Shown here: positions 52,939-64,000 of the stretch, piece after piece
Layout: each line of letters begins with the position of its first letter
Numbering within the stretch: the first letter of the stretch is position 1
NCBI GenBank assembly: GCA_963422365.1
Contig: OY729426.1
Coordinates: 1,504,001 to 1,568,000 of the forward strand
DNA from: Nitrospirales bacterium
Lineage (GTDB): Bacteria > Nitrospirota > Nitrospiria > Nitrospirales > UBA8639
DNA length: 64,000 nucleotides
Reading direction: 5' to 3'
The notes under the pieces: model-generated
Told to the model about the DNA's origin: nothing
Databases searched by the model: none
The model's input: only the letters and a program-made list of their open reading frames with translations
Program-made: the position numbers and the translations under genes

Positions 52939-53286
52939 ATGGCCGAAGCAAAGGCGGTCTTGCGCTACGTCAGAATGACGCCACGAAAAATGCGGATGGT
53001 CATCGATTTAATTCGCGGACGTGATGTGCCTGAGGCCTTGACGCTGCTCAAGTACTTGTCCAGAGCTGCTGCGCCGGTTGTGGCAAAGGTGTTGAATTCC
53101 GCCGTCGCGAATGCCGGCCAGCAGGAGTTGGGAGATCCTGAATCTTTGAAAATCTCAAAAGCCTATGTGGATGGCGGTCCCGTTTTAAAGCGATTTCAGG
53201 CCAGATCTATGGGCAAGGCGAACCCCATCCATAAACGAACGAGTCATGTGACCATTATGGTTTCTCCGGCGAGAAGGGATTCCTGA
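52939..53286 (+). CDS. rplV: 50S ribosomal protein L22
   Basis: PRKMR, SAVANA, KRTSH. Confidence 0.96.
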   Translation: MAEAKAVLRYVRMTPRKMRMVIDLIRGRDVPEALTLLKYLSRAAAPVVAKVLNSAVANAGQQELGDPESLKISKAYVDGGPVLKRFQARSMGKANPIHKRTSHVTIMVSPARRDS

Positions 53287-53338
53287 AGAGAAGTGGGTGT
53301 TAACCGTTTCAGTTGACGGAGCGAGGTAAACCGGGTTT

Positions 53339-54004
53339 ATGGGTCAAAAAACACATCCATATGGGTTTCGGCTGGGGTATACCAGGACCTGGACTTCTCG
53401 ATGGTATGCCAGGAAAAATTTTGTAAAGTTGTTGCATGAGGATGTAAAAATTAGGCAAACGGTAAAATCCCGTTTATTTCATGCTGGCATTTCACGAGTG
53501 GAAATTGAACGTTCCGGGAATCAAGTAAAGTTGATCATTTACACGGCCCGCCCTGGCATTATCATCGGAAGAAAAGGTGCCGAAGTTGATAAGTTAAAGG
53601 CTATGCTGGAGCAACGATATGGTCGGGAAGTCTATGTGACGGTCAAGGAAATTAAGAAGCCGGAATTAGACGCGCAGCTTGTTTCTGAAAATATTGCCTT
53701 GCAATTGGAGAAACGCGTTTCCTTTCGTCGTGCCATGAAGCGAAGCGTGGCGTCAGCCCTTCGGTTAGGCGCTCAAGGTGTTCGAGTGTCTTGTGCCGGA
53801 AGGTTGGGCGGAAATGAAATTGCCCGAACGGAATGGTATCGGGAAGGCCGTGTTCCACTTCACACGCTCAGAGCGGATGTGGATTATGGCTTTGCGGAGG
53901 CCCATACGACCATGGGCATTATTGGGGTGAAGGCTTGGATTTATAAGGGCGATGCCGAGTTGCCAAATGCGGCGAAAGACGAAGCTTCGTTGAATTTGCT
54001 CTAG
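53339..54004 (+). CDS. rpsC: 30S ribosomal protein S3
   Basis: [22 protein letters not shown]. Confidence 0.97.
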   Translation: MGQKTHPYGFRLGYTRTWTSRWYARKNFVKLLHEDVKIRQTVKSRLFHAGISRVEIERSGNQVKLIIYTARPGIIIGRKGAEVDKLKAMLEQRYGREVYVTVKEIKKPELDAQLVSENIALQLEKRVSFRRAMKRSVASALRLGAQGVRVSCAGRLGGNEIARTEWYREGRVPLHTLRADVDYGFAEAHTTMGIIGVKAWIYKGDAELPNAAKDEASLNLL

Positions 54005-54077
54005 AAAGGTGTTGGCATTTATCGGACGCATGCTTGCGTCCGCCATATTCACTCATGACTTTTGATGTTGCCAGAGT

Positions 54078-54497
54078 ATGTTAGCTCCGAAAAAAGTTAA
54101 ATTTCGAAAAGTGCAAAAAGGCCGTATGCGAGGGAAGGCCTACCGTGGCGGTGACGTGTCTTTTGGAGAATTTGGGCTCAAGGTGCTTGAGCCTGGTCGG
54201 ATTACGGCCCGTCAAATCGAGGCGGCGAGGATTGCGATGACGCGTCATGTGAAGCGCGGTGGAAGAATCTGGACTCGGATTTTCCCTGATAAGCCGATCA
54301 CCAAAAAGCCTGCTGAGGTTCGAATGGGGAAAGGAAAAGGAAGCCCTGAATTTTGGGTTGCCGTGGTGAAGCCAGGCCGGATTCTCTATGAAATGGATGA
54401 TGTGTCGAGAAGTGTGGCGGAAGAGGCGTTTCGTTTGGCCGGTCATAAACTGCCGTTGGCGACAAAATTTGTCGTTCGAGGCGCATACTCTGTCTGA
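54078..54497 (+). CDS. rplP: 50S ribosomal protein L16
   Basis: RQIEAAR, RMGKGKG. Confidence 0.97.
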   Translation: MLAPKKVKFRKVQKGRMRGKAYRGGDVSFGEFGLKVLEPGRITARQIEAARIAMTRHVKRGGRIWTRIFPDKPITKKPAEVRMGKGKGSPEFWVAVVKPGRILYEMDDVSRSVAEEAFRLAGHKLPLATKFVVRGAYSV

Positions 54498-54506
54498 GGC
54501 GCATTA

Positions 54507-54737
54507 ATGGATGTCAAGGAATTCCAAGTCATGGAAGCGGAAGAGTTGATAGGAAAAGTGCATGAGTTGAAGCAGGAATTGTTTCACCTTCGATGTCAAC
54601 ATGCGCTTGGACGCATTGAAAATCCAATGAAGATCCGTCAAGCGCGGAGAGACGTGGCTAGGGCCAAGACCGTGCTTCGCGAAAAACAGGTTGGGGCATT
54701 CAAAAAGTTAATCGTAGGGCGGAAAAGCCAACCGTAG
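54507..54737 (+). CDS. rpmC: 50S ribosomal protein L29
   Basis: [15 protein letters not shown]; synteny. Confidence 0.93.
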   Translation: MDVKEFQVMEAEELIGKVHELKQELFHLRCQHALGRIENPMKIRQARRDVARAKTVLREKQVGAFKKLIVGRKSQP

Positions 54738-54750
54738 GGGTGAAAAAAGC

Positions 54751-55026
54751 ATGACGGACGCACCAAGGCGACAACGTGCATCGTATGGGCGAGTGATGAG
54801 CGACAAAATGGACAAAACGGTCGTCGTGGCGGTTCCGAGACTGGTGTCGCATGCTTTGTACGGAAAAGTGATGCGACGGCTTACCAAGCTTAAAGCCCAT
54901 GATGAGGCGAATGAGTCTCGCATTGGCGATCGTGTGAAAATTGTGGAGACGCGGCCGCTCAGTAAGGATAAACGTTGGCGGTTGGCAGAAATTATTGAGC
55001 GTGGCGAGCAGAACCCATCGCCGTAA
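54751..55026 (+). CDS. rpsQ: 30S ribosomal protein S17
   Basis: [18 protein letters not shown]. Confidence 0.96.
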   Translation: MTDAPRRQRASYGRVMSDKMDKTVVVAVPRLVSHALYGKVMRRLTKLKAHDEANESRIGDRVKIVETRPLSKDKRWRLAEIIERGEQNPSP

Positions 55027-55076
55027 TTGGTGACGGGGGTTGCGTGTTCGGTGGATGTGTGGAGTACTGACGGACG

Positions 55077-55445
55077 ATGATTCAAAATCATAGCTATCTC
55101 GATGTCGCAGATAATTCAGGCGCCAAAAGTGTGCGGTGCTTTCATGTGCTGGGGGGGACTCGTCGACGGTATGGAGGCATTGGCGACATCGTGGTGGTGT
55201 CGGTTCGAGAGGCTATTCCTAAAGCGTCTGTCAAAAAAGGTGATGTAGTCAAAGCGGTGATTGTTCGAACGAAAAAAAGTCGGCGTCGTGAGGATGGCTC
55301 CTATATTCGATTTGATCGCAATGCCTGTGTGTTGGTGAATAATCAAGGGGACCCTGTGGGTACAAGAATTTTCGGTCCCGTTGCTCGGGAATTGAGGAAA
55401 AAGAAGTTCATGAAAATTATTTCACTGGCTCCTGAGGTGTTATAG
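55077..55445 (+). CDS. rplN: 50S ribosomal protein L14
   Basis: [21 protein letters not shown]. Confidence 0.97.
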   Translation: MIQNHSYLDVADNSGAKSVRCFHVLGGTRRRYGGIGDIVVVSVREAIPKASVKKGDVVKAVIVRTKKSRRREDGSYIRFDRNACVLVNNQGDPVGTRIFGPVARELRKKKFMKIISLAPEVL

Positions 55446-55480
55446 CGCGTATGGGGACTCGAACTGCAACAGGAGGCCTG

Positions 55481-55813
55481 ATGGTTGCCAAATCCCGTAT
55501 TCGAAAGGGTGACTCGGTGATCGTGATTGCTGGACGGGAGAAGGGGAAGGTTGGGAAGGTTTTGCACGTGAATGTACGGACCAGCCGAGTGACGGTGGAA
55601 AAACTCAACATTATTAAGCGACATACGAAACCCTCTCAAAAAGTCAGACAAGGCGGCATTTTAGAGCGTGAGGCGCCCATGGCGATTTCGAATGTCATGA
55701 TGTACTCCCAGGCTTCGGGGAAATCCTCACGGGTCAAAATCAAGATGTTGGATGATGGGCGTCGGGTGCGGGTCTTACAGAAAAGTCCTGATGACGTCTT
55801 GGATAAGGTGTGA
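55481..55813 (+). CDS. rplX: 50S ribosomal protein L24
   Basis: [17 protein letters not shown]...SNV; AGGAGG RBS. Confidence 0.96.
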   Translation: MVAKSRIRKGDSVIVIAGREKGKVGKVLHVNVRTSRVTVEKLNIIKRHTKPSQKVRQGGILEREAPMAISNVMMYSQASGKSSRVKIKMLDDGRRVRVLQKSPDDVLDKV

Positions 55814-56412
55814 TGGGTAAAAAAGAAGCTATAGACAAGCCCGGAACCAAGAGAGAGTCGGCACAGGACGGATCTCCTCCGCGTTTAAAAGATCTCTATC
55901 GAAATGAGGTTATCCCTAAGATGATGAAGGAATTTTCGTATTCCAATCCGATGCAAGTGCCACGTGTAGAGCGGGTCGTCCTGAATGTCGGCATGGGAGA
56001 AGCTATTCAAAACGTCAAACTGTTGGAGAGTGCCGTGGCTGAGTTGGCGTTAATCACCGGTCAGAAGCCTGTCGTGACCCGATCGAAAAAAGCCATCGCC
56101 GGCTTTAAAGTTCGGGAAGGCATGCCGATCGGCACCAAGGTCACGCTTCGCGGAAGCCGGATGTATGAGTTTCTTGATCGCTTGCTGAATATTGGCTTGC
56201 CTCGGATTCGAGACTTCCGAGGAGTGTCGCCCAAGGCGTTTGATGGTCGTGGTAACTATACGTTCGGGTTAAAAGAGCAGTTGACCTTTCCTGAAATTAA
56301 ATATGATGACGTGGCAGCGATTCACGGGATGGATATTACGATTGTGACGAGTGCTCAACGAAACGATGAAGCCCAATCCTTGTTGGCTCATTTGGGAATG
56401 CCGTTTCATTGA
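55813..56412 (+). CDS. rplE: 50S ribosomal protein L5
   Basis: [16 protein letters not shown]. Confidence 0.97.
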   Translation: MGKKEAIDKPGTKRESAQDGSPPRLKDLYRNEVIPKMMKEFSYSNPMQVPRVERVVLNVGMGEAIQNVKLLESAVAELALITGQKPVVTRSKKAIAGFKVREGMPIGTKVTLRGSRMYEFLDRLLNIGLPRIRDFRGVSPKAFDGRGNYTFGLKEQLTFPEIKYDDVAAIHGMDITIVTSAQRNDEAQSLLAHLGMPFH

Positions 56413-56444
56413 TACGGTAACCCGCGATTGAGACGGAGGCCATT

Positions 56445-56630
56445 GTGTCAAGAAAAGCATTGCGGAATAAGGCGGCGGTGGAACCGAAGTTTCCCGTCCG
56501 GCACTATAATCGGTGCCCCCTCTGTGGTCGCGTGAGGGCCTTTTTACGACGCTTTCATATGTGCCGAATTTGTTTTCGGCTGCATAGTCTGCGCGGGAAT
56601 ATTCCTGGGGTCACCAAGTCAAGTTGGTAG
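56445..56630 (+). CDS. rpsN: 30S ribosomal protein S14 (type Z)
   Basis: [21 protein letters not shown]. Confidence 0.96.
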   Translation: MSRKALRNKAAVEPKFPVRHYNRCPLCGRVRAFLRRFHMCRICFRLHSLRGNIPGVTKSSW

Positions 56631-56667
56631 GCCAGATCTAGGCTATGAATGATGAGGATATGACGTT

Positions 56668-57072
56668 ATGGGTATGACGGATCCAATTGCTGATCTTTTT
56701 GTTCGCGTGATGAATGCCCTTGGACGGGGTCATGCGACGGTGAATGTTCCAGCCTCCAAGCTGAAAGCCAACGTGCTTTCTGTCTTTCAAGCCGAAGGCT
56801 TTATTCAAAATTTCTCATCCACGACACTCGATGGACACCCGGCTCTTCAGGTGGAATTGCGGTACATTCCAGGACGGGAAAAGAAACCCGTGATTGAGCG
56901 AATCAAGCGGGTCAGCAAGCCAGGGAAGCGGGTGTACGTGGGGGCCTCATCTATCCCTCGAGTGCGAGGTGGGTTGGGTGTTGCGGTGCTTTCGACATCG
57001 AAAGGGGTCATGACCGATCGGCAAGCCAGACAGAATAGCATCGGGGGAGAAGTATTGTGCCACGTGTGGTAG
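56668..57072 (+). CDS. rpsH: 30S ribosomal protein S8
   Basis: DPIAD, SKPG.RVY, STSKG. Confidence 0.97.
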   Translation: MGMTDPIADLFVRVMNALGRGHATVNVPASKLKANVLSVFQAEGFIQNFSSTTLDGHPALQVELRYIPGREKKPVIERIKRVSKPGKRVYVGASSIPRVRGGLGVAVLSTSKGVMTDRQARQNSIGGEVLCHVW

Positions 57073-57118
57073 AGCCTGGTCGAACCAGTTTAACCTCAAC
57101 AAGGAAGTCACGTCAACG

Positions 57119-57658
57119 ATGTCTAGGATCGGGATCAAACCAATTGCCATAGCCTCCACCGTCGAGGTGAAGGTTGAAGATCGGTCTGTCTCCGTGAAGG
57201 GACCCTTAGGCCAATTAGGGTGGAATCTTGCCGAAGGAATTGACGTCGAAATCAACGAGAGGACGGTCCATGTGGGAAGGCGTGGAAATTCTCCTCGTGT
57301 CAAAGCCTTACATGGGCTGACCCGCATGGAGCTATCGAATTTGGTTGAAGGAGTGACCAAGGGGTTTCAACGAACATTGGAATTGACGGGGGTAGGGTAT
57401 CGGGCGCAAGTGCAAGGTCAATCGCTGACCTTAAATGTGGGGTTTTCGCATCCTGTGATCTTGTCTGTTCCGCAAGGCGTAGAAGCCTCGGTCGAGAAAC
57501 AAACCATGATCTCCGTCAAAGGTATTGATAAGCGTCTGGTGACCCAGACCGCCGCCAATATTCGACGGGTGCGCCCGCCTGATGTCTATAAACAGAAGGG
57601 CATTAAGTATACTGGTGAAGTCTTAAGGAAGAAAGCCGGGAAGGCCGGCAAGAAATAG
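57119..57658 (+). CDS. rplF: 50S ribosomal protein L6
   Basis: MSRIG, GVGYRA, PDVYKQKG. Confidence 0.97.
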   Translation: MSRIGIKPIAIASTVEVKVEDRSVSVKGPLGQLGWNLAEGIDVEINERTVHVGRRGNSPRVKALHGLTRMELSNLVEGVTKGFQRTLELTGVGYRAQVQGQSLTLNVGFSHPVILSVPQGVEASVEKQTMISVKGIDKRLVTQTAANIRRVRPPDVYKQKGIKYTGEVLRKKAGKAGKK

Positions 57659-57667
57659 CGTGCGAGT

Positions 57668-58033
57668 ATGAATCAAAAAACACAACGTCGCCAATTGGAA
57701 CGGCGAAAAGCGCGAGTCAGAAAAAAAGTTCAGGGAACACCCGTTCGGCCGAGGCTGACGGTGTTTCGAAGCAATGCGCATATTTATGCCCAAGTCATTG
57801 ATGATATCGCGGGTCTTACCTTGGCTGCGGCGTCCTCCAAAGACCTCAGTCTTCGCGAAACCGTGAAGTCTGGTTCTTCGAAGGCGGCGGCACAAGCCGT
57901 CGGGCAATTATTAGCCGAACGAGCAAAGGCCGGGAATGTGACCGATGTCGTGTTTGATCGGAATGGGCGATTGTATCATGGGCGTGTAAAAGCGTTAGCC
58001 GACGCGTCCCGTGAAGGGGGACTTGCCTTTTAA
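57668..58033 (+). CDS. rplR: 50S ribosomal protein L18
   Basis: [13 protein letters not shown]...YHGRV. Confidence 0.97.
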   Translation: MNQKTQRRQLERRKARVRKKVQGTPVRPRLTVFRSNAHIYAQVIDDIAGLTLAAASSKDLSLRETVKSGSSKAAAQAVGQLLAERAKAGNVTDVVFDRNGRLYHGRVKALADASREGGLAF

Positions 58034-58051
58034 CCAAGGGGATGACATTCG

Positions 58052-58546
58052 GTGCAAGTAAATCCAGAAGAATTGAACTTCAAAGATAAATTAATTTCTA
58101 TCAACCGAGTCGCGAAAGTCGTTAAAGGGGGGAAGCGATTTTCCTTTAGCGCGCTGGTCGTGGTCGGAGATGGGCGGGGATGGGTTGGCGTTGGCAAAGG
58201 AAAAGCGACTGAAGTGCCGCCGGCGATTGCCAAAGCCGTCGGGCGGGCCAAGAAGCAACTGCTCCAAGTTCCTTTGAAAAATGGCAGTATCCCGCATGAC
58301 GTGCATGGGCGCTTTTGCGGGGAACATGTGTACATGAAACCGGCGAAAGAAGGGACAGGGATCATCGCAGGAGGAGCAGTCCGTGCTATTTTAGAAATGC
58401 TGGGGGCCCATAATATTATTGCGAAAACATTAGGCCGTGGAAATCCCTATAATGTGGTGCAAGCCACATTGGCTGGATTGTCTCAACTCAAGGGCCCGGA
58501 AGAGTTCAAGCAGATCCGTCATGTCCCCAATGGGGCTTCACTCTAA
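58052..58546 (+). CDS. rpsE: 30S ribosomal protein S5
   Basis: KVVKGGKRF, GTGIIAGG. Confidence 0.97.
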   Translation: MQVNPEELNFKDKLISINRVAKVVKGGKRFSFSALVVVGDGRGWVGVGKGKATEVPPAIAKAVGRAKKQLLQVPLKNGSIPHDVHGRFCGEHVYMKPAKEGTGIIAGGAVRAILEMLGAHNIIAKTLGRGNPYNVVQATLAGLSQLKGPEEFKQIRHVPNGASL

Positions 58547-58547
58547 C

Positions 58548-58763
58548 ATGTCGAGGAAAGGTGCCGTGCCTCAATCTCAACGCGAGGATCAGCTTTCCAT
58601 TACGCTGAAGCATAGTCCCGTTGGACGACCCTCTAGGCAACGGTTGTATTTGCAGGGTCTGGGTTTGCGAAGGCTCCATCAAACCGTGCAGCGTCCCAAG
58701 ACGCCGCAGGTATTAGGGTTGATTGAGAAGGTCAGGCATCTCGTTGAGGTCAACTACCCATGA
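58548..58763 (+). CDS. rpmD: 50S ribosomal protein L30
   Basis: ITL..S..G, LGLRR, KVRHLV; synteny. Confidence 0.92.
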   Translation: MSRKGAVPQSQREDQLSITLKHSPVGRPSRQRLYLQGLGLRRLHQTVQRPKTPQVLGLIEKVRHLVEVNYP

Positions 58764-59209
58764 AACTTCATCAGTTGCAGCCCGCACCGGGTTCCAAGAA
58801 ATCGAGAAAACGTTTAGGGCGAGGTCCAGGTTCAGGGTTGGGCAAAACGGCAGGCAAGGGGCATAAAGGAATGCTCGCTCGGTCTGGAAGGGCGAATGTC
58901 GATGGTTTTGAAGGTGGACAAATGCCCCTCGCCAGACGGTTGCCCAAACGAGGATTTCATAATCCTTTTCGTACCGAATTTGCCGTGGTCAATCTCAAAA
59001 CACTTTCCGTCCTTGATCAGGTCACTCACGTGACCCCTCGAGTCTTATATGAGAAAAGGATTGTCAGAAAGCAGTCAAGACCTATAAAAATTCTTGGTGT
59101 AGGAGATCTGGATAAGCCCATGACGATCGAAGCGCATACATTCAGTCAGTCGGCTCTTCGGAAAATCGAACAAGCTGGCGGACAAGCCAAGGTCATCGGC
59201 CGTGCTTGA
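58760..59209 (+). CDS. rplO: 50S ribosomal protein L15
   Basis: [26 protein letters not shown]. Confidence 0.97.
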   Translation: MKLHQLQPAPGSKKSRKRLGRGPGSGLGKTAGKGHKGMLARSGRANVDGFEGGQMPLARRLPKRGFHNPFRTEFAVVNLKTLSVLDQVTHVTPRVLYEKRIVRKQSRPIKILGVGDLDKPMTIEAHTFSQSALRKIEQAGGQAKVIGRA

Positions 59210-60515
59210 ACGGCTCATTACGAGCTTCCAGAACATCCTCAAAATTCCGGAGTTACGTAGCCGTGTCATTTTTACGGTGGCCATGTTGGCGGTGTACCGG
59301 ATTGGGGCTCATATCCCGACTCCGGGGATTAACAATGATGAGCTGGCGGCATTCTTATTAGATCGAGGCGGAGCCCTCCTCGGGTTTCTGGACATTTTCT
59401 CTGGCGGGTCGCTATCACGGTTAACGATTTTTGCTCTGGGCATTATGCCCTATATCAGTGCTTCGATTATTCTCCAATTATTAACCGTTGTTATTCCGCA
59501 TTTATCGAAGCTCGCCAAGGAGGGTGAACGAGGAAGAAAGACCATCATTCAATATACCCGGTACGGCACCATTGGGATCGCCCTTATTCAGGGGTTTGGG
59601 ATTGCTCTCGGACTTGAAGGTATGAATGGGGGTCAATATGTGTTGGAGCCAGGCTGGCCGTTCCGACTCATGACTGTCATTACGCTGACCGCGGGAACTG
59701 CGTTCCTCATGTGGTTGGGTGAACAAATTACCGAGCGTGGAGTGGGGAACGGAATCTCGCTTATTATTTTCGCCGGAATTGTCGCACGGCTTCCAAGCGC
59801 GGTTGCACAAACCTTTGAAATGTACCGAGTTGGGGAGTTGAGCCTTCTCTTCCTCATCCTGTTAGGCGTAGTCATGATGGCTGTGGTCACGGCCATTGTG
59901 TTCTTGGAAAGCGGGAGACGAAGGGTTCCGGTTCAATATGCTAAACGGGTGGTCGGCCGTAAGATGTATGGAGGGCAAAGTACTCATATTCCATTGAAAA
60001 TTAATACGGCGGGGGTGATTCCGCCAATTTTTGCGTCTTCAATTATTGCGTTCCCTGCCACTATTACCTCCTTTATCCAGGTACCTTGGGTCCAAGCGTT
60101 AGGGGCGCACTTAGCTCCTGGGTCAGTCGTCTATACGTTGTTATATGTGGGTCTTATTATTTTCTTCTGTTTTTTCTATACGGCGGTCGTGTTGAATCCG
60201 GTCGATATGTCGGACAACATGAAGAAATATGGAGGGTTTATTCCTGGCATTCGGCCAGGCCAGCGAACGGCGGATTATATTTACAGAGTCCTCACTCGTA
60301 TCACGTTCGCCGGCGCTCTTTACCTGGCTGTTGTCTGTGTGATTCCGGAATTATTGATTTATAAATTGAACGTTCCCTTTTATTTTGGTGGGACGTCGCT
60401 GCTGATTGTCGTGGGTGTAGGGTTGGATACCGCCCAGCAAATCGAGTCTCATATGCTGATGCGGAATTATGAAGGATTCTTGGCCAAGGGGCGTTTAAAA
60501 GGCCGGAGCGGATAG
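59202..60515 (+). CDS. secY: Preprotein translocase SecY
   Basis: [32 protein letters not shown]. Confidence 0.98.
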   Translation: MLERLITSFQNILKIPELRSRVIFTVAMLAVYRIGAHIPTPGINNDELAAFLLDRGGALLGFLDIFSGGSLSRLTIFALGIMPYISASIILQLLTVVIPHLSKLAKEGERGRKTIIQYTRYGTIGIALIQGFGIALGLEGMNGGQYVLEPGWPFRLMTVITLTAGTAFLMWLGEQITERGVGNGISLIIFAGIVARLPSAVAQTFEMYRVGELSLLFLILLGVVMMAVVTAIVFLESGRRRVPVQYAKRVVGRKMYGGQSTHIPLKINTAGVIPPIFASSIIAFPATITSFIQVPWVQALGAHLAPGSVVYTLLYVGLIIFFCFFYTAVVLNPVDMSDNMKKYGGFIPGIRPGQRTADYIYRVLTRITFAGALYLAVVCVIPELLIYKLNVPFYFGGTSLLIVVGVGLDTAQQIESHMLMRNYEGFLAKGRLKGRSG

Positions 60516-60521
60516 CAAGAC

Positions 60522-61169
60522 ATGCGATTGGTTTTTCTTGGTGCGCCTGGGGTGGGCAAGGGCACACAAGCGGAAATGGTGTCAGCCCAACTTGCGATTC
60601 CCAAAATTTCGACGGGAGATTTATTACGAACGGGTGTGGCCCACAAGACGTCGTTGGGCCTTGAAGCACAGCGCTATATGGCGCGAGGGGATCTCGTGCC
60701 CGACAATGTGGTGATCGGTCTCGTAGCGGAAAAAGTCGGTTCTGTAGAATGCGAAAAAGGATTTATTCTTGATGGATTTCCACGAACCATTCTTCAAGCG
60801 GATGCTTTGTCGGGAATTCTTCAGAAGCAGGATGTGGTTCTGGACCGAGTCATTTATTTCATGATCCCCCACGAGGAAGTGGTCAAGCGATTGAGCGGAC
60901 GAAGAAGTTGTTCGATGTGTTCGGCGGTGTATCATGTTGATTACGTTCCGTCTAAGCAAGAGGGGCGCTGTGATGAGTGCGGGGCGGCCCTTGTTCAACG
61001 CAGCGACGACAAACAAGAAACGGTGGAATCACGGCTCACGGTGTATGAAGCGCAAACGTCTCCATTGATTGCCTATTATAAAGAGAAACATGTGTTGGCT
61101 GAATTAGATGGCACGGGCTCCATAGAAGACGTACGGGTGCGGTTACTCGCTTTGTTGTCTAGGTCGTAG
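60522..61169 (+). CDS. adk: Adenylate kinase (Zn-LID type)
   Basis: GAPGVGKGTQ, LDGFPR, CxxC...CxxC LID. Confidence 0.97.
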   Translation: MRLVFLGAPGVGKGTQAEMVSAQLAIPKISTGDLLRTGVAHKTSLGLEAQRYMARGDLVPDNVVIGLVAEKVGSVECEKGFILDGFPRTILQADALSGILQKQDVVLDRVIYFMIPHEEVVKRLSGRRSCSMCSAVYHVDYVPSKQEGRCDECGAALVQRSDDKQETVESRLTVYEAQTSPLIAYYKEKHVLAELDGTGSIEDVRVRLLALLSRS

Positions 61170-61175
61170 CCTTTC

Positions 61176-61946
61176 ATGATAATGCTCAAGACTGAAGAAG
61201 AAATTGCGCTGATGGCACAAGCTTCGAAGATTGTGGCCGAAGCGCATCAGGCGCTCCAACAAGAGGTCAGGCCCGGGGTCACCACGTTGTATCTGGACGA
61301 ACTCGCTGAAACGTTTATTCGTGACCATGGGGGAATTCCAGCCTTTAAAGGGTATCGCAATTTCCCCAATACCTTGTGCGCCTCGGTGAATCATGAAGTG
61401 GTGCATGGCATTCCCTCCAACCGGGAACTGAAAGAGGGAGACGTTGTCGGGCTTGACTTGGGGGCGATTGTTCAGGGATTTTATGGCGATGGGGCCGTCA
61501 CGGTACCCGTTGGACCCATTTCAGCCCACGCTGAAATCTTGCTCAAGGTGACGGAAGAAGCGATGCATAAGGGGATTGATCAAGCACGGGTGGGGAACCG
61601 GTTGTCCGATATTGGCCATACGATCCAATGCCATGTGGAAGCGCAGGGGTTTTCTGTTGTGAGAGATTTTGTGGGACATGGGATTGGTCGGCAACTCCAT
61701 GAACAACCTCAGGTTCCTAACTATGGTCGTCCTGGGCAAGGCTCACGCCTTCAGTTTGGGATGGTGCTGGCCATTGAGCCCATGGTGAACGTTGGTGGGC
61801 CTCAGGTGAACGTGTTAGACGATCAATGGACTGCCGTCACGAGAGATGGCAGCCTGTCGGCGCATTTTGAACATACCGTGGCGATAGAACCCGAAGGGCC
61901 ACCCACAATTCTGACGATGGTAAAGGAGCGGGTTGGCGTCAATTGA
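61176..61946 (+). CDS. map: Methionine aminopeptidase type I
   Basis: HGIP, GHGIG..LHE, IEPM, SAHFEHT. Confidence 0.97.
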   Translation: MIMLKTEEEIALMAQASKIVAEAHQALQQEVRPGVTTLYLDELAETFIRDHGGIPAFKGYRNFPNTLCASVNHEVVHGIPSNRELKEGDVVGLDLGAIVQGFYGDGAVTVPVGPISAHAEILLKVTEEAMHKGIDQARVGNRLSDIGHTIQCHVEAQGFSVVRDFVGHGIGRQLHEQPQVPNYGRPGQGSRLQFGMVLAIEPMVNVGGPQVNVLDDQWTAVTRDGSLSAHFEHTVAIEPEGPPTILTMVKERVGVN

Positions 61947-61966
61947 TATCGACGCGGTTTAGGCTG

Positions 61967-62185
61967 ATGGCAAAAGAAGATATGATTGAAGTCCAAGGGG
62001 TGATCATGGAAACGTTACCCAATGCCATGTTCCGAGTTACATTAGAGAGTGGACATAAAATTTTGGCCCATATTTCAGGGAAGATGCGGATGCATTTTAT
62101 TCGTATTCTCCCGGGCGATAGAGTGACCGTGGAGTTGTCTCCTTATGATCTCACAAGGGGACGGATAACCTATCGATTCAAATAG
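61967..62185 (+). CDS. infA: Translation initiation factor IF-1
   Basis: MAKED.IE, SGKMR, SPYDL.RGRI. Confidence 0.97.
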   Translation: MAKEDMIEVQGVIMETLPNAMFRVTLESGHKILAHISGKMRMHFIRILPGDRVTVELSPYDLTRGRITYRFK

Positions 62186-62204
62186 TCAGGAGAGGGATGC
62201 TCTC

Positions 62205-62318
62205 ATGAAAGTCAAATCGTCCGTCAAACCCATATGTTCAAAATGTGTTGTGTTTAGACGACGAGGAATTGTTCGGGTCCGATGTAGTAATCCTCGTCAC
62301 AAGCAGCGACAAGGATAA
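62205..62318 (+). CDS. rpmJ: 50S ribosomal protein L36
   Basis: Hand translation [37 protein letters not shown]. Confidence 0.95.
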   Translation: MKVKSSVKPICSKCVVFRRRGIVRVRCSNPRHKQRQG

Positions 62319-62384
62319 TGGCGTAAAGGGGAACGGCGTCAACGAGTTTTAACCGAAAGCGCATCACGTGAAAAAGGAGGGGCC

Positions 62385-62753
62385 ATGGCTCGGATAGCAG
62401 GCGTTGATCTGCCTGTGGGGAAACGCATTGAGATTGGCTTGACCTATATTTATGGGATCGGGCCGTGGAGTGCGAGGCAGATTTTACGAAAAACCGGCAT
62501 TGATTGTGCCGTGTGCGTCAAAGATCTTCGTGAGGAAGACATTGTCAAACTTCGTGAAGCGATAGATAAAGACTCTACCGTGGAGGGGGATCTCCGAAAA
62601 GAGGTCACTCTCAGTATTCAACGCCTGATCGATACAGGGTCGTACCGAGGCCTTCGTCATCGAAGAGGGCTTCCCGTTCGTGGACAACGGACCAAAACCA
62701 ATTCACGAACCCGAAAAGGGAAACGGGCTTCGATTGGCAGGAGCAAAAAATAA
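62385..62753 (+). CDS. rpsM: 30S ribosomal protein S13
   Basis: [17 protein letters not shown]. Confidence 0.97.
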   Translation: MARIAGVDLPVGKRIEIGLTYIYGIGPWSARQILRKTGIDCAVCVKDLREEDIVKLREAIDKDSTVEGDLRKEVTLSIQRLIDTGSYRGLRHRRGLPVRGQRTKTNSRTRKGKRASIGRSKK

Positions 62754-62773
62754 CAAGCCATTCAGGGGACAGC

Positions 62774-63157
62774 ATGAGCGTAAAAAAGGGTCGAAAAAAA
62801 GAGAAAAAGGTCGTGCAAATGGGGATTGCCCATATTCAAGCGTCTTTTAATAACACGCTTGTGACCATTACGGATATGAGTGGCAATACGGTCTCTTGGT
62901 CGAATGCAGGAGGCTTAGGATTCAAAGGGGCCAGAAAAAGTACGCCTTTTGCGGCGACACGTGTGGGGGAGGCGGCGGGACGCAAAGCCATGGAACAAGG
63001 CATGCGCCAAATTGACGTCTATGTCAACGGGCCTGGGTCGGGACGTGAGTCGGCTGTACGAGCGCTACAATCCGTCGGCTTACGGGTGAATTTGATTCGT
63101 GATGTGACCCCTATTCCCCATAATGGATGTCGACCGCCGAAAAGACGACGGGTGTAA
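62774..63157 (+). CDS. rpsK: 30S ribosomal protein S11
   Basis: [21 protein letters not shown]. Confidence 0.97.
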   Translation: MSVKKGRKKEKKVVQMGIAHIQASFNNTLVTITDMSGNTVSWSNAGGLGFKGARKSTPFAATRVGEAAGRKAMEQGMRQIDVYVNGPGSGRESAVRALQSVGLRVNLIRDVTPIPHNGCRPPKRRRV

Positions 63158-63236
63158 GCGGCGATTCATTAAACCTTCAGATGTTGGGAAAACATCAACT
63201 CAGGGTCTGGAGTCTTGCAAGTGAGAGGCTAAAGAC

Positions 63237-63863
63237 GTGGCAAATTATCGTGGGCCAGTATGTAGGATTTGTCGAAGGGAGGGAGTCAAACTGTTCCTGA
63301 AAGGAACACGTTGTATGACCGACAAATGTGCGATTGAACGTCGCAGTTATCCTCCCGGTCAACATGGGCAATCTCGACCTCGTGTGACGGACTATAGTAT
63401 GCAGCTTCGTGAAAAGCAGAAATTGCGTCGGATGTATGTCATTCAAGAGCGTCAGTTTCGGGGAATTTTTGAGCGTGCTGAACGTCAAAAGGGCGTGACG
63501 GGCGAAAATCTTTTGGCTCTGCTTGAGCGACGATTAGATAATGTCGTCTACCGGATTGGATTGGCTTTTTCACGCAAGCAAGCTCGCCAATTCGTGAATC
63601 ATGGACATATTTTGGTCAATGGCAGAAAAACCGATGTTCCCTCTTATACGACGGCTGTTGGGGACGTGATTCAGGTGAGACCACGGAGCCTGGAGTTGCT
63701 CGCAATTAAAGCGGCTGCACAGGTCGCCGATAGCCAGCCAGGGGTGAGCTGGATCGACTGTGACCGGGATGCATTGAAAGGGACGATTCAGGCACTGCCG
63801 ACAAAGGATGATATTGGGGCCCCGGTCAATGAACAGATTATTGTGGAATTATATTCTCGCTAA
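63237..63863 (+). CDS. rpsD: 30S ribosomal protein S4
   Basis: CRICRRE, PGQHG, LERRLDN, IVELYSR. Confidence 0.97.
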   Translation: MANYRGPVCRICRREGVKLFLKGTRCMTDKCAIERRSYPPGQHGQSRPRVTDYSMQLREKQKLRRMYVIQERQFRGIFERAERQKGVTGENLLALLERRLDNVVYRIGLAFSRKQARQFVNHGHILVNGRKTDVPSYTTAVGDVIQVRPRSLELLAIKAAAQVADSQPGVSWIDCDRDALKGTIQALPTKDDIGAPVNEQIIVELYSR

Positions 63864-63937
63864 AAGTGGAACAATTTGGCCATCATGCGTTGTGGCCAAT
63901 GTTTAGGCTGTGCCGGATCGAGGTGAAAGGGGGCGTA

Positions 63938-64000
63938 ATGATCAAAGGGATAAAGGATTTTCAGTTGCCTATGCGACTGGAGTTGGAAAAAGAAACAGCC
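63938..64000 (+). CDS. rpoA: RNA polymerase alpha subunit, 5' fragment (runs off the window)
   Basis: ATG after AAAGGGGG; MIKGIKDFQLPMRLELEKETA; canonical position after rpsD. Confidence 0.75.
   Translation, partial: MIKGIKDFQLPMRLELEKETA

Overview
Bacterial chromosomal window, most likely from a Nitrospirota (Nitrospira-like) chemolithoautotroph. This is inferred from the aclBA-aconitase-frd-sucCD reductive-TCA cluster occurring together with a GGE-ending Pup. Layout: (1) 0.5-10.8 kb, rTCA cluster; (2) 11-31 kb, mixed housekeeping and accessory region (NERD pseudogene, aminopeptidase P, helicase IV-like gene, TraB, COG0523 GTPase, pentapeptide protein, hflKC, a decayed 1.2 kb inverted-repeat-bounded cassette, H+-PPase, stand-alone pup, recJ, rel, DUF192); (3) 31.7-64 kb, translation/transcription supercluster (4 tRNAs, tuf, rpmG, secE, nusG, rplKAJL, rpoBC, str, S10, spc and alpha operons, ending in the start of rpoA). 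The most striking observation is that rplJ and rplL form one uninterrupted 310-codon ORF (an L10-L7/L12 fusion) that keeps a strong internal RBS and ATG for free L12, with no room for an L10 leader. Also notable: both EF-Tu copies have a non-canonical switch I loop and an extreme G skew, there is a 270-nt structured spacer inside the S10 operon, and pup is monocistronic. All calls come from motif recognition by eye; no searches were run.
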